From a virus: 64,000 nucleotides of DNA. The stretch is from positions 1-64,000 of IMG/VR virus record IMGVR_UViG_3300026484_000053. One strand, given 5' to 3'. Shown here one piece after another: positions 1-9,985 of the stretch. Below the pieces are notes generated by a model, which saw only the letters and a list, made by a program, of their open reading frames with translations, was not told the origin of the DNA and made no database searches. The position numbers were made by a program, and so were the translations under genes. Every line of letters starts with the position of its first letter. The stretch's first letter is position 1.

Positions 1-495
1 ATAGGATCTCTAGATGTAGATAAATTAGATTCTATAAAAGACATTAAAGGTGATTATAATAATTACATAAAGTGGCTTAGAGACAATTTTATACCTAAAA
101 TTATTAGTACTTACGATGATAACGGCAACCAGTTAACATCTAAGCACCCAGATGGATACAGTTGGACTAAGACATATGATGAAAAAGGAAATGAATTAAC
201 ATTTAAAGATTCAGACGGATATAGTTGGACTAAGACGTATGATGATAACGCTAATGAATTAACATTTAAAAATTCATATGGATATAGTTGGACTAAGACT
301 TATGATGATAGAGGCAATGAATTAACGTCAAAAGATTCAGACGGAGACGGCTGGTCTAAGACGTATGATGATAACGATAATGAATTAACATACGAAAAAT
401 CAAATGGATACAAGTGGACTAGAACATATACAAGAACAGATAAAGAATTTATACAGACTTTTAATGGAGAAGTAGAAGTTCATATTATATTTTAA
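1..495 (+). CDS. 5'-truncated copy 1 of the 21-aa (YD-like) repeat protein, 5 repeats
   Basis: Frame 1 is open from base 1 to TAA 493-495: IGSLDVDKLDSIKDIKGDYNNYIKWLRDNF, then 5 YDDxGNELTFKDSDGYSWTKT-type units, then TDKEFIQTFNGEVEVHIIF, the same termini as 6047, 22838 and 29212. Not listed in the ORF track. Confidence 0.9.
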   Translation: MGSLDVDKLDSIKDIKGDYNNYIKWLRDNFIPKIISTYDDNGNQLTSKHPDGYSWTKTYDEKGNELTFKDSDGYSWTKTYDDNANELTFKNSYGYSWTKTYDDRGNELTSKDSDGDGWSKTYDDNDNELTYEKSNGYKWTRTYTRTDKEFIQTFNGEVEVHIIF

Positions 496-523
496 AATAA
501 CCAAATAAAACTAAAGGAAAAAC

Positions 524-931
524 ATGAATAAAGATTATAGAACAGCTCTTAAAGAGCATTACACTTACCAAACAACTAGAGGATTCGTACAAACAGAGGA
601 CTTATTTGATATGCCGCTTAGAAACGATGCTGGATTTGACCTAAATAACGTAGCTAAAACATTAAGTGCATGTATTAAAGACGTGCAAGAAGAAGAGTTT
701 GTACCAAATACTAAAGATACTGACGAAGTAAAATTATTAAAGTCTAAATTAGAAATCGTTAAAGACGTTATTAACGTTAAGATTACTGAAAGAGATGCAG
801 CACTAGAAGCTAGAGAGAATAAAGCTAAGAAAGACAAATTAGTTCAGTTATTAGAAAAGAAGAGAGACGAAGCGCTTGAAGACAAAACAGAAGAAGAGCT
901 TCTTGCTGAACTAGCTGAATTAGACCAGTAG
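524..931 (+). CDS. hypothetical coiled-coil phage protein
   Basis: AAAGGA RBS; RGFVQTEDLFDMPL pattern resembles a family common in large phages. Confidence 0.7.
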   Translation: MNKDYRTALKEHYTYQTTRGFVQTEDLFDMPLRNDAGFDLNNVAKTLSACIKDVQEEEFVPNTKDTDEVKLLKSKLEIVKDVINVKITERDAALEARENKAKKDKLVQLLEKKRDEALEDKTEEELLAELAELDQ

Positions 932-957
932 TACTAACGCACTGTTAAACCAGTATT

Positions 958-990
958 AAAGCACTGTTAAAGCACTGTTAAAGCACTGTT
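958..990. repeat. 11-bp tandem repeat AAAGCACTGTT x3, inside a 19-bp inverted repeat (945-963 / 1020-1038)
   Basis: Read directly from the sequence. Confidence 0.9.
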
Positions 991-1022
991 AACGTAAAAT
1001 ATTAATACTGCTTTAATACTGC

Positions 1023-1055
1023 TTTAATACTGGTTTAATATTAATATGTTATAAT
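1023..1055 (+). promoter_or_regulatory. early sigma70-type promoter (TTTAA-N6-TTTAA...ATGTTATAAT)
   Basis: Extended -10 TGNTATAAT with 11-bp-spaced TTTAA; the motif recurs about 16 times upstream of genes. Confidence 0.75.
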
Positions 1056-1110
1056 TATATATCTAAAAAGTTAGATACAACTAAACATTCATAACCAATA
1101 AAGGACCAAC

Positions 1111-1824
1111 ATGAACGCTAATGCAACAGCAATTATTTTACAAAACGACGATATGGCACACGGAGATGCTATTTTTAGATTTAAAAGCATTTACGATATT
1201 GTTATCGTACAACACGACGACGATACTTTCGAAGTAATCCACAACTCTAAAATGGAATGGACAGGAGTAGCTACAAGAGAAGCTATGGAACTTGTTAAAT
1301 CTCAGTTTAATATCGAAGTAGATTATTATAACGACTCTAACGACTCTAACGACTCTAACGACGCTAATAAATCAGATCAAGTAATTAACATGGACATGGA
1401 AGAAGCTATCGAGAAGGCCAAAGCTATTGTGAAAAGCATGCTAGGTGAAGACTTTAATGAAGAAATATTGGAACAAGCTGTTAACGCTACTAGAGCGCAA
1501 ATAGAAGAGATTATTCCTAATGAAGTAGTTCACGAATCGTCTGAAGATAAAGTAGAACCTTCTTTCCAAGACAAATTAGAAGACTTAATTTTAGACGAAA
1601 TGCAAAACGGTCGAGTTACTAACAGATATGATATTTTAAGTACATTTAATAAAGCTCTTACAGGTGCAATTAATAGAAAAAACGAAGAACCTAAAGAACC
1701 TAAAGAACTCGAAGATGCTGAACTTGAAGATGCTTTAAACATTATTAAAGACAGACTTGAGTCTAAATTTAACTCTGCTAAAGAGTTTATTCCACACGGA
1801 TTCTCAGACTTATTTAGACACTAA
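1111..1824 (+). CDS. hypothetical acidic protein
   Basis: Promoter and AAAGGA RBS upstream; contains NDS x3 and EPK stutters. Confidence 0.7.
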   Translation: MNANATAIILQNDDMAHGDAIFRFKSIYDIVIVQHDDDTFEVIHNSKMEWTGVATREAMELVKSQFNIEVDYYNDSNDSNDSNDANKSDQVINMDMEEAIEKAKAIVKSMLGEDFNEEILEQAVNATRAQIEEIIPNEVVHESSEDKVEPSFQDKLEDLILDEMQNGRVTNRYDILSTFNKALTGAINRKNEEPKEPKELEDAELEDALNIIKDRLESKFNSAKEFIPHGFSDLFRH

Positions 1825-1829
1825 ATATC

Positions 1830-2423
1830 GTGCTTAAATTTATTAATCCACTTAAGATAGATGATAGATTTGACGAGACGACTAAATTTAGGCTACGGAA
1901 TTCATTTTTCGTAGCCATTTCTCTCACTATATTAGATCCCATTATTATTTCATTACAAGGCCTATATTTAGGTGCTACACTTATTGCTGTTTTTATGATA
2001 GCTAATATGTTAGCTGTTAAGACAAATAAACTAATAACAGACAATTTTGATGCAAGTGCGCTACTTCATGGAGCAGTAATATTCCACTTGTTATACACTA
2101 TTGGTGCAGGAATATATTTCGTTAATGCAGAGTTATTCGTATATGTAGTAATTATACTAGAAATTATAGCTATAGCCTTATTTAGTGCGTACAGTATACA
2201 TTTAGATCATCATATCAGTAATCACACGCCTGAACTTATGAAAGACTTTAGAATAAACGCTAACTCAAACTACGCTAATGCTTCAATGATAGGACTAGGA
2301 AGTTCTGCACTGTTAAGTTGGTTTAATCCAGATTATGCTATTATATCGTTTATAGTATTCGATGCCGCATTTTTCTTGTACTTGCTAGAAAACATTAACT
2401 TCCATAACAAACAAGCAGTATAG
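1830..2423 (+). CDS. multi-pass membrane protein, unknown function
   Basis: About 5-6 hydrophobic segments. Confidence 0.65.
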   Translation: MLKFINPLKIDDRFDETTKFRLRNSFFVAISLTILDPIIISLQGLYLGATLIAVFMIANMLAVKTNKLITDNFDASALLHGAVIFHLLYTIGAGIYFVNAELFVYVVIILEIIAIALFSAYSIHLDHHISNHTPELMKDFRINANSNYANASMIGLGSSALLSWFNPDYAIISFIVFDAAFFLYLLENINFHNKQAV

Positions 2424-2429
2424 ACAGTC

Positions 2430-3614
2430 TTATGACTTGTCTATCATTAACATAATAATGTCTTCAGAGATCAATTCAAAGTGAAACCTTAACGTAGTTG
2501 CATCAATCTCAGCATAATCTCCTTTATTATCTCCACCTGCTAAATTATCACTTATTAATAAAACACCATTATGATGTACTTGCATAGCATCTGTATCGGT
2601 ATACGCGTATGTAAGACTGTTAGGCAGCGTCCAGTCTTCATCTTCAGCTAAGTTAGCATTAACAATTACTCCAGCCTTTGTATTTTGTAGAGCTTCGATA
2701 GCTTGATTATTTGCTACTACAGCATCGTCTAATTTAGCTGCAGCTTGTACAAGCGTGTCGCCATCTATTAAATAAGTACTACCATCTGTACCAAACGTAG
2801 TATTATATGTTTTGCTTGTAATTCCACTTACACTTGCTATGTTATCGCTTAGTAATTTATCATTACCAGCTACTGAAGCAAGTTTATTAATAGTATTCGT
2901 AATATTCTCATCTTGAACAAATTGAAATACATCTTCAACATCTTCGTATACTCTATCACCTATTTCTAACGAACCTACTCCATTACTAAACGCTGCATTA
3001 CCAAGTATAGCGTCTTCGTTCATATCAGAGAATTTAGTTCTTAAAGGTAGAATCATTTCTACATCACCAGGTGGTAAATCAACTGCAATTGCATCGCCGC
3101 CTTCATCTACATAATAAGTAACTTTTAGTTTATCATCGTCGTTACTACCTATAGCAAATATTTCTCTTTCATTTTCATCAAGTAACGGTGCGTTAGTGCT
3201 TTTCTTTCTAAGTAATATTTTAGCTTTACTATCTGCACTTGGGTTAGCAGCGTCATCTACAATATAACCTAGGTCAGTAGTACCTGTAGTATTAGCCACG
3301 CCAGGAGTAACGTCTATAGCAGTTGTTTTACTATCGCCGCCAGCGTCGTTTAAAGTTATTTGGATTGGCTGTAACATTAGTTTATTAGCTACGTCACCCG
3401 AATCTTTAAGACTAAGACTAGGTGCGTCACTCCAAAGACTTTCACCTGTAATTTCCAGTATAAGAGACCTTAATACGTTAAGGTCTTGCTCTATAGATTC
3501 TTGCCCTTCAGCCAACGTATTCCTGTCTGCATTGTCTGTACCTAATTCTATGTTGTCAAACAATCTAGATGATCTAACTTGTCTGTGCTGTGATATTCTT
3601 GTCTTTAGTGCCAT
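2430..3614 (-). CDS. probable virion structural protein
   Basis: Acidic, Asp/Asn/Thr/Gly-rich; YLIDGDTLVQAAAKLDDAV segment typical of fibre proteins; AGGAGC RBS; downstream of a late promoter. Confidence 0.5.
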   Translation of the reverse strand: MALKTRISQHRQVRSSRLFDNIELGTDNADRNTLAEGQESIEQDLNVLRSLILEITGESLWSDAPSLSLKDSGDVANKLMLQPIQITLNDAGGDSKTTAIDVTPGVANTTGTTDLGYIVDDAANPSADSKAKILLRKKSTNAPLLDENEREIFAIGSNDDDKLKVTYYVDEGGDAIAVDLPPGDVEMILPLRTKFSDMNEDAILGNAAFSNGVGSLEIGDRVYEDVEDVFQFVQDENITNTINKLASVAGNDKLLSDNIASVSGITSKTYNTTFGTDGSTYLIDGDTLVQAAAKLDDAVVANNQAIEALQNTKAGVIVNANLAEDEDWTLPNSLTYAYTDTDAMQVHHNGVLLISDNLAGGDNKGDYAEIDATTLRFHFELISEDIIMLMIDKS

Positions 3615-3651
3615 TATTTAGCTCCTATAAATGTATGTATTATAACGCGTG

Positions 3652-4023
3652 CTATAATTTCTTTCTAATATTTATACCATATTCGTCTTGTATAAATCCA
3701 AGTTCAGACATCTCTTGTGCGTATGAGGAATATTCAGTACTATTTTGCTGCTTTTGTATAATATTAAAGTGAGCTTTACTAACAGCAAATCTTAACTCAA
3801 GGTCACGTATAACCTTAAGTAACTTATTTAGGTGTTTATGAGACCTTTTATGTAGTTCACCTTTCATGTTAATATATTCAATTACGTCCTCAACACCTTG
3901 GACGTCGTATGACCTTATTAAATCGTCTGATATATCTACATAAATTTCTTTTAGTTCTTGTATAAGAAATTCCTTATGTGCTAACTCCTTTACTACTTCT
4001 AGGTGCACATTATGCATCTTCAT
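3652..4023 (-). CDS. hypothetical protein
   Basis: Overlaps the neighbouring minus-strand ORF as in an operon. Confidence 0.6.
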   Translation of the reverse strand: MKMHNVHLEVVKELAHKEFLIQELKEIYVDISDDLIRSYDVQGVEDVIEYINMKGELHKRSHKHLNKLLKVIRDLELRFAVSKAHFNIIQKQQNSTEYSSYAQEMSELGFIQDEYGINIRKKL

Positions 4024-4465
4024 CCTCCCTTAGGTCTATTATTGCTTGCGCGTATAATAATTTGTCTCGTTTTAAATGCTCTTCGCATAAGTTACTAAGG
4101 TTTACGTTAAAGATAGTATTATTACAAGGATACTTATTACCTGGTCTCTTAAAGCAGCATAACTTCTTTTTTATTCGCTCTGCTCTTATAGGATGTACTG
4201 GCTGTGCATCTATCCTGTCTATTAAATCTTCTGATATAAGCGTGTTTTCAAAAATATCATCTATCTTTTGAAAAATTTCTTCTTTAGCTTTTTGCATATA
4301 AAAATTGTCTTTATAAGTACTGTACATTTTGTTATAATGTTCTGTATAGTCATCTTTTATAAGTTCTAATGCTTCCATCTGTGCTTCTGCACGTATACGC
4401 TCTATATTAGTCTGTCTTTTGTATAACTCAAACTGCTTTGACATTCTTTTTAATTCGTTTAACAT
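4010..4465 (-). CDS. hypothetical protein
   Basis: First gene after the minus-strand TATAAATA; contains C-terminal Cys/His residues. Confidence 0.6.
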   Translation of the reverse strand: MLNELKRMSKQFELYKRQTNIERIRAEAQMEALELIKDDYTEHYNKMYSTYKDNFYMQKAKEEIFQKIDDIFENTLISEDLIDRIDAQPVHPIRAERIKKKLCCFKRPGNKYPCNNTIFNVNLSNLCEEHLKRDKLLYAQAIIDLREDEDA

Positions 4466-4497
4466 TTTAGATTTACACCTTTACGTCTTTGTGACTT

Positions 4498-4511
4498 TAT
4501 AAATATTTATA
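4498..4511. promoter_or_regulatory. overlapping divergent T4-type late promoters (TATAAATATTTATA)
   Basis: TATAAATA on + at 4498-4505 and on - at 4504-4511, between divergent ORFs. Confidence 0.7.
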
Positions 4512-4526
4512 AAACGGGAGGTCTTT

Positions 4527-4904
4527 ATGGCTCGTAAAACAAGGATACGTGGAGCAGGCACTAGAGCTGCTGACAAATATGACCCAAGTTCAGAATCATT
4601 AGCTACTGACTCCGAAGTCGAACAGAGAGCACGTAAGCACTCAGAGATCTTCCATAATGCAAGAGAGCAAGTAACAAAGCTAATTAAAGATGATGACGGT
4701 ATACTTACTCACATTAAAAAATACAATAATGCGGATGAAGACATACTTTTACAGAATTCTGAGTTCTCTTATAGCGGTACGTTGTTACAAACAATAACTC
4801 AATATTATTACGACACGCAAGGTAATTTATACATGCAACTTAAAAAGACATTTGAATACAATGGATCAGAGCTTACAGGAATAAGAAATGAGAAAGAAGT
4901 TTAA
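4527..4904 (+). CDS. hypothetical late protein
   Basis: GGAGG RBS; follows the late promoter. Confidence 0.65.
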   Translation: MARKTRIRGAGTRAADKYDPSSESLATDSEVEQRARKHSEIFHNAREQVTKLIKDDDGILTHIKKYNNADEDILLQNSEFSYSGTLLQTITQYYYDTQGNLYMQLKKTFEYNGSELTGIRNEKEV

Positions 4905-4910
4905 TACTCG

Positions 4911-4932
4911 TTTAATCCTATTATGTTATAAT
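4911..4932 (+). promoter_or_regulatory. early promoter
   Basis: TTTAA...ATGTTATAAT. Confidence 0.65.
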
Positions 4933-5098
4933 ACTAATATAAACGCTATCTAAAAAGAAAGGTATATTATGAAGTTTGACAGATTTAAGCAAATGGTAAC
5001 ACACAAATGGCAACAGATTACGAAGAGTTCGAAAGCGTCTTATTCAATTCCAAAATTACCCAAATTAAGTGTATAAAAATAATGAAAGAAGATGAATA

Positions 5099-5527
5099 GT
5101 GAAAGATAATATTAAACACACTAAAATATTCGTATACGGTAGTCTTAAGAAAGGTTTTACTAACGATTACGTATTAGAGACACTTAAGGCGCAATACATT
5201 TGTACTGCTAAAACAAACAACAAAGCTCTTATGTACGACTCAGGAGACGGTTGGCCGTATGTACAATTTACAAAAGACGATAAAGGCAACTATCAGGGAT
5301 ATCATATAGACGGAGAAATTCATTCTATACCATCTAGTAGTATAGACATGCTAGACAGATTTGAAGGTGTACCTGACTTATACAAGAAAACTCATCAAAT
5401 CGTAACGTGTCCTAAAGGCAACGAGCATTATTGCCTTATGTACATCGTTACAGAGCAGAAATCTTATAACGAAGTTAAAGACAAACTAATAGAAAATTGG
5501 AAGGAAGAACATAATGACATTTGCTAA
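5099..5527 (+). CDS. gamma-glutamylcyclotransferase (GGCT/AIG2-like) family protein
   Basis: IFVYGSLKKG and LDRFEG motifs. Confidence 0.8.
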   Translation: MKDNIKHTKIFVYGSLKKGFTNDYVLETLKAQYICTAKTNNKALMYDSGDGWPYVQFTKDDKGNYQGYHIDGEIHSIPSSSIDMLDRFEGVPDLYKKTHQIVTCPKGNEHYCLMYIVTEQKSYNEVKDKLIENWKEEHNDIC

Positions 5528-5963
5528 GAATAAAAAAGCAAGACATGAATACGAGTATATTGATTCATATGAAGCAGGAATATCTCTTATGGGACCAGAA
5601 GTTAAATCTATAAGAGAAGGTAGAGTAAACCTTAAAGGTTCTTATATTAGTATAGACAACGGAAACGCTATTCTAAAACAATGCCACATTAACAGACCTG
5701 AGCATTTGGATGGATTTACAAAATTTGAAGAGACTCGTCCTAGACAGTTATTGCTTCATAAGAAAGAAATACAGAAACTTCAAAAATACATCGAAGTCGA
5801 CGGACTAACACTTATAGCTGACAGTGTATACTCTAAAGCTGGTAACTCGTATTTTAAAGTATCTTTAAAAGTAGCTAAGGGTTTAAAGCATTATGATAAA
5901 AGAGCTAAAATGAAATCTAAATCACAAGACATGGAAGCTAAAAGGGCTATGAAAGATTATTAA
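5514..5963 (+). CDS. smpB: SsrA (tmRNA)-binding protein SmpB
   Basis: NKKARHEY, EAGISLMGPEVKSIR, RQLLLHKKEI, KGLKHYDKR. Confidence 0.95.
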   Translation: MTFAKNKKARHEYEYIDSYEAGISLMGPEVKSIREGRVNLKGSYISIDNGNAILKQCHINRPEHLDGFTKFEETRPRQLLLHKKEIQKLQKYIEVDGLTLIADSVYSKAGNSYFKVSLKVAKGLKHYDKRAKMKSKSQDMEAKRAMKDY

Positions 5964-5970
5964 TTCTTGT

Positions 5971-6039
5971 TATTAATTCCATATTTTAACATTAGTTTAA
6001 TATTATTATGTTATAATATACTATCTAAAAAATAAAGGT
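5971..6039 (+). repeat. 69-bp promoter/leader cassette identical to 22764-22832
   Basis: Direct comparison; contains an early promoter ending at 6017 and the AAAGGT RBS. Confidence 0.9.
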
Positions 6040-6046
6040 AAATAAT

Positions 6047-7078
6047 ATGACAAACAGAAACAGAGAAATAAAGACTATTACAGTAAGAGAATTAAAATTA
6101 AAAAGTGCTTGTAAAGATGGAGTATTATGGTTTAAAAACAATATAGGATCTCTAGATGTAGATAAATTAGATTCTACAAAAGACATTAAAGGTGATTATA
6201 ATAATTACATAGAGTGGCTTAGAGACAAATTCATATCTGAAGGTACAAGTACTTATGATGATAGAGGCAATGAATTAACATTTAAAGATTCAGATGGATA
6301 CACTTGGACTAAGACTTATGATACTAAGGCAAACGTATTAACATTTAAAGATTCAGATGGTGACAGCTGGACTAAGACATACGATGATAACGGTAATCAA
6401 TTAACATTTAAAGGTTCAAATGGATACAGCTGGACTAAGACTTATGATGATAGAGGCAATGAATTAACATTTAAACATTCAGATGGACGTAATTGGACTA
6501 AGACATACGATGATAACGATAATGAATTAACGTACAAGGATTCAGATGGACGTAATTGGACTAAGACTTATGATGATAGAGGCAATGAATTAACATTTAA
6601 AGGTTCAAGTGGCGAAAGTTGGACTAGCACATACGATGATAAAGGAAATGAATTAACGTACAAGGATTCAGATGGATACAGTTGGACTAGCACATACGAT
6701 GATAAAGGAAATGAATTAACATTTAAAGATACAAATGGATATAGTTGGACTAGTAGTTACGATGATAAAGGCAATGAATTAACATTTAAAGATACAGATG
6801 GCGAAAGTTGGACTAAGACCTATGATGATAAAGGCAATGAATTAACATTTAAAGATACAGATGGCGAAAGTTGGACTAAGACCTATGATGATAAAGGCAA
6901 TGAATTAACATTTAAAGATTCAGATGGCGAAAGTTGGACTAGCACATACGATGATAAAGGCAATCAATTAACATTTAAAAATTCAGATGGATACAGCTGG
7001 ACTAGAACTTACAAGACAACAGATAAAGAATTTATACAGACTTTTAATGGAAAAGTAGAAGTTCATATCATATTTTAA
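6047..7078 (+). CDS. 21-aa repeat protein copy 2 (12 repeats)
   Basis: 69-aa N-terminal cap, 12 x 21 aa repeats, 22-aa C-terminal cap. Confidence 0.9.
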   Translation: MTNRNREIKTITVRELKLKSACKDGVLWFKNNIGSLDVDKLDSTKDIKGDYNNYIEWLRDKFISEGTSTYDDRGNELTFKDSDGYTWTKTYDTKANVLTFKDSDGDSWTKTYDDNGNQLTFKGSNGYSWTKTYDDRGNELTFKHSDGRNWTKTYDDNDNELTYKDSDGRNWTKTYDDRGNELTFKGSSGESWTSTYDDKGNELTYKDSDGYSWTSTYDDKGNELTFKDTNGYSWTSSYDDKGNELTFKDTDGESWTKTYDDKGNELTFKDTDGESWTKTYDDKGNELTFKDSDGESWTSTYDDKGNQLTFKNSDGYSWTRTYKTTDKEFIQTFNGKVEVHIIF

Positions 7079-7091
7079 AGGAAATATCATA

Positions 7092-7391
7092 GTGTATAAA
7101 GACGTAAAAATAACTGCAATAAATGCAATAATTAAAATAAATGAAATAATTAAATTAGCTACTAAAGAAATTATAAAACCAGGTACTCAAGTAGACGAGC
7201 TGCAGCTAAAGTTTTTTAGACACGAATACGAGACATTAATGTCTGCTCTTCAACTAAAGAATCTCGTGTATGACTTCGTTGTACAAGACAAGTTCGTACC
7301 AATTAAACAAGAGTATAGCATAATTATTACTTATACGTTAACTAATACTCAAACTTTAGAAAACGCTGAAGTAATAGCTATAAAAATATGA
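7092..7391 (+). CDS. hypothetical protein
   Basis: AAAGGA RBS; GTG start. Confidence 0.55.
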   Translation: MYKDVKITAINAIIKINEIIKLATKEIIKPGTQVDELQLKFFRHEYETLMSALQLKNLVYDFVVQDKFVPIKQEYSIIITYTLTNTQTLENAEVIAIKI

Positions 7392-9130
7392 AGATGCAAA
7401 GGAGAAATATGCCAACAGAACAGCCTAACTTAATAGTTCAGAATATAGATCATTCTTATATAAGAGTATTAGTGCAAGATACTAAAATAAAAGAGAATGT
7501 AATAAACCTCTTATCGCCTTTCGAACCTGGGTACCAATTTACGCCTCTTTTTAAAGCAGGAATATGGGATGGTAGAAAAAGGCTTTATAAAATAGATAAA
7601 GATTCAAATATAGTAACTGCAAGAGGTTACGCCCAAGATATATTAAACTCAGTACAGAAAATGGGATTTGTTTCGCAATACCATGGCGGTGGATTTGTAG
7701 ATGAGATTACTAAAGAAGATTTTAACTTATTTGTTAAGTCGCTTAATCTACCATTTCCACCATATGATTACCAAGAGCAAGCTGTTTTTGAAATGATAAA
7801 CGAACGCAGACTAGTTCTTTCAGCAGCTACTGGAAGTGGTAAGTCGCTTATTTGTTATATGTTTCTAATGTATCAGCATAGCAAGCAAAGAAAGTCTTTA
7901 CTGGTAGTACCTAGTACTAACCTTGTAGACCAAATGTATGGCGACTTTGAATCATATGGTTTAAAAAATGCACCTGAATTAGTACAACAAATAGGCGGCC
8001 AACATACTAATAAAGAGTTAGGACAAAAACCCATAGTTATTTCTACGTGGCAATCTCTCATAAGGATGGACTCGAAAGACTTTGAAATGTTCGATAGTCT
8101 TATAATAGATGAATCGCATGGTGCAGGAGCAGAATGCTTACAAAGGATTATTGGATACGCTAAGAACTGCGAATGGAAGCATGGCATGTCTGGTACAGTT
8201 CCTTTAGATCCTTTGCAAAGATTTATGATTATAGGTGCATTAGGCCAAGTAAGAAAAGTTATAACACCAGGTGAATTAATAAGAAGAGGATTAGCTACTC
8301 CAGTTACGATTAATTGTATATACATGAACCATAATGCAGAAACTAATCCAGAAGTTAAACTTTTACAAAAAACAAAAGCTAATTATACAAGCGAAGAAAA
8401 GTTTTGTACTGAAAATGAATACAGAAATAAAAAAGTATCAGCTATTATATCTAAATTAGGAGCTAAGAAAAACGTACTTGCTTTATATACAAAGATTAAA
8501 CACGGCAATATGCTTTTGAAAAATTGCATAGAAGAAAGAACAGGTGTAAAAGACTTCGATATTATAAATGGCTTTACACCTAAGCCATTAGAAGAAGCGT
8601 ATATAAATTGGTTAGCTCATCCTGAAAGATTATTTTATCATAATGCACCAATTACAGAAGAAATCAGGTCTAAAATAGCAAAATTCTTACTTAAGAAAAA
8701 ATATAATGCGGCTTTTTTATATAACATTAAGTCCTTGGATGATATTAAAATATTCTTTGTTTCAGGTGCTGTTACTCCTTCACAGAGAGAGTACATTAGA
8801 AAAGTTCTTGATACTATCGATGGTGCAATAATTATCGGTTCTTGGGCAATTCTTAGTACAGGAGTAAACTTTAAAAAGCTTGATGCAATTATATTCGCTT
8901 CCAGTCTTAAAGCATATTCAAAAGTTATACAAGCTATAGGAAGAGTAATGCGGCTTTTTAAAGGTAAACATTCAGTAGCAATTTACGACCTTGTAGATGA
9001 CTTAAGAAAAGTAAAAAGAAATGGTATTCAAAAAGGACCTGACAATTACATGCTCAGGCATTTTAAAACGAGATTAACGTATTATATGGACGGAGAATTT
9101 CCTATAAATGAAAAAGAAATAAACTTATAA
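7388..9130 (+). CDS. uvsW: T4 UvsW-like SF2 DNA helicase (start probably 7409)
   Basis: PFEPGYQFTPLFKAGIWDG, PYDYQ, ATGSGKS, IIDESH, QAIGRVMR. Confidence 0.9.
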   Translation: MKMQRRNMPTEQPNLIVQNIDHSYIRVLVQDTKIKENVINLLSPFEPGYQFTPLFKAGIWDGRKRLYKIDKDSNIVTARGYAQDILNSVQKMGFVSQYHGGGFVDEITKEDFNLFVKSLNLPFPPYDYQEQAVFEMINERRLVLSAATGSGKSLICYMFLMYQHSKQRKSLLVVPSTNLVDQMYGDFESYGLKNAPELVQQIGGQHTNKELGQKPIVISTWQSLIRMDSKDFEMFDSLIIDESHGAGAECLQRIIGYAKNCEWKHGMSGTVPLDPLQRFMIIGALGQVRKVITPGELIRRGLATPVTINCIYMNHNAETNPEVKLLQKTKANYTSEEKFCTENEYRNKKVSAIISKLGAKKNVLALYTKIKHGNMLLKNCIEERTGVKDFDIINGFTPKPLEEAYINWLAHPERLFYHNAPITEEIRSKIAKFLLKKKYNAAFLYNIKSLDDIKIFFVSGAVTPSQREYIRKVLDTIDGAIIIGSWAILSTGVNFKKLDAIIFASSLKAYSKVIQAIGRVMRLFKGKHSVAIYDLVDDLRKVKRNGIQKGPDNYMLRHFKTRLTYYMDGEFPINEKEINL

Positions 9131-9133
9131 TGT

Positions 9134-9343
9134 TTGAAAATAATGAATAAAGAAGTAAACACCCAAAATACGCAAAATACGCAAAATACACAAAAGAAAC
9201 AACTTAAGCAAGATATAATTAAATTAATATCTGAAACCACTATGATTAAATATCACTGTGCTTTATCTGGTAAATACGCAGAAGGATGGAATGCAGCGTT
9301 AACAGTAATAAGGCAAGAGCTACGCAAAATAATAAACAAATAA
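9134..9343 (+). CDS. hypothetical protein
   Basis: Short ORF with TQN stutter, in operon position. Confidence 0.5.
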   Translation: MKIMNKEVNTQNTQNTQNTQKKQLKQDIIKLISETTMIKYHCALSGKYAEGWNAALTVIRQELRKIINK

Positions 9344-9352
9344 GGAGAAGCT

Positions 9353-9559
9353 ATGAGCACTACAAAACAACTTAAATTTAACGCTAAATACACGTTAAGA
9401 TATGTAAATGATATATACATTTTAACAAGACTTACAGGTGTATCTATACATATACACAACGATGATATAGATGATATTTTAGAGAAAGATATAGAAAATA
9501 TGAGCGACAAAGAATGGTCGGCGTATGCTTATGATTACAATCTTGAAAATAAGATATAG
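9353..9559 (+). CDS. hypothetical protein
   Basis: AAGGAG RBS. Confidence 0.6.
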   Translation: MSTTKQLKFNAKYTLRYVNDIYILTRLTGVSIHIHNDDIDDILEKDIENMSDKEWSAYAYDYNLENKI

Positions 9560-9658
9560 CACGTATACATAACAACGCTAACAACGCTAACAACGCTAAA
9601 CAACACATTTAGTATAATTAATGTATAATATATCACAATTAAATATAAAGGCCATAAA

Positions 9659-9985
9659 TTGAAACAATATAGAATAACGCAATTAGAAACACCTAACAGA
9701 GATCTTCTTGGTACAAAATTACTTGTACCTAAATGCGACATCGGTGCAGTACAGAAAAACATGCTAGACGCTGGATATGGATATGAACTAAATCTTAGTA
9801 AATCATTCATGCCTCACAATTTTAGAAGAGGTACATCTAAAATAGCTGTATTCGCCGTTTACGTTGACTTTAGCGGTTACATTAAATACGAAAGACTTGA
9901 AAAAGATTTATCAAATGAAGACGAGTTCTATAGACAATACTTTAGATCTGACTTTGAAGAGATGGACCACACGGTGGTATTATAA
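9659..9985 (+). CDS. hypothetical protein
   Basis: TAATG overlap with the next gene. Confidence 0.6.
   Translation: MKQYRITQLETPNRDLLGTKLLVPKCDIGAVQKNMLDAGYGYELNLSKSFMPHNFRRGTSKIAVFAVYVDFSGYIKYERLEKDLSNEDEFYRQYFRSDFEEMDHTVVL

Noticed and set aside
6047-7078. Diversity-generating retroelement behind the repeat proteins
   Set aside because: No reverse transcriptase in the window, no non-coding template copy, and variation reuses shared blocks rather than looking adenine-specific. An RT elsewhere cannot be excluded.
7873-8325. Minus-strand ORFs overlapping recognised genes (this one and many others in the track, e.g. 13570, 26130, 44659, 48499)
   Set aside because: Antisense shadows without RBS or recognisable motifs.
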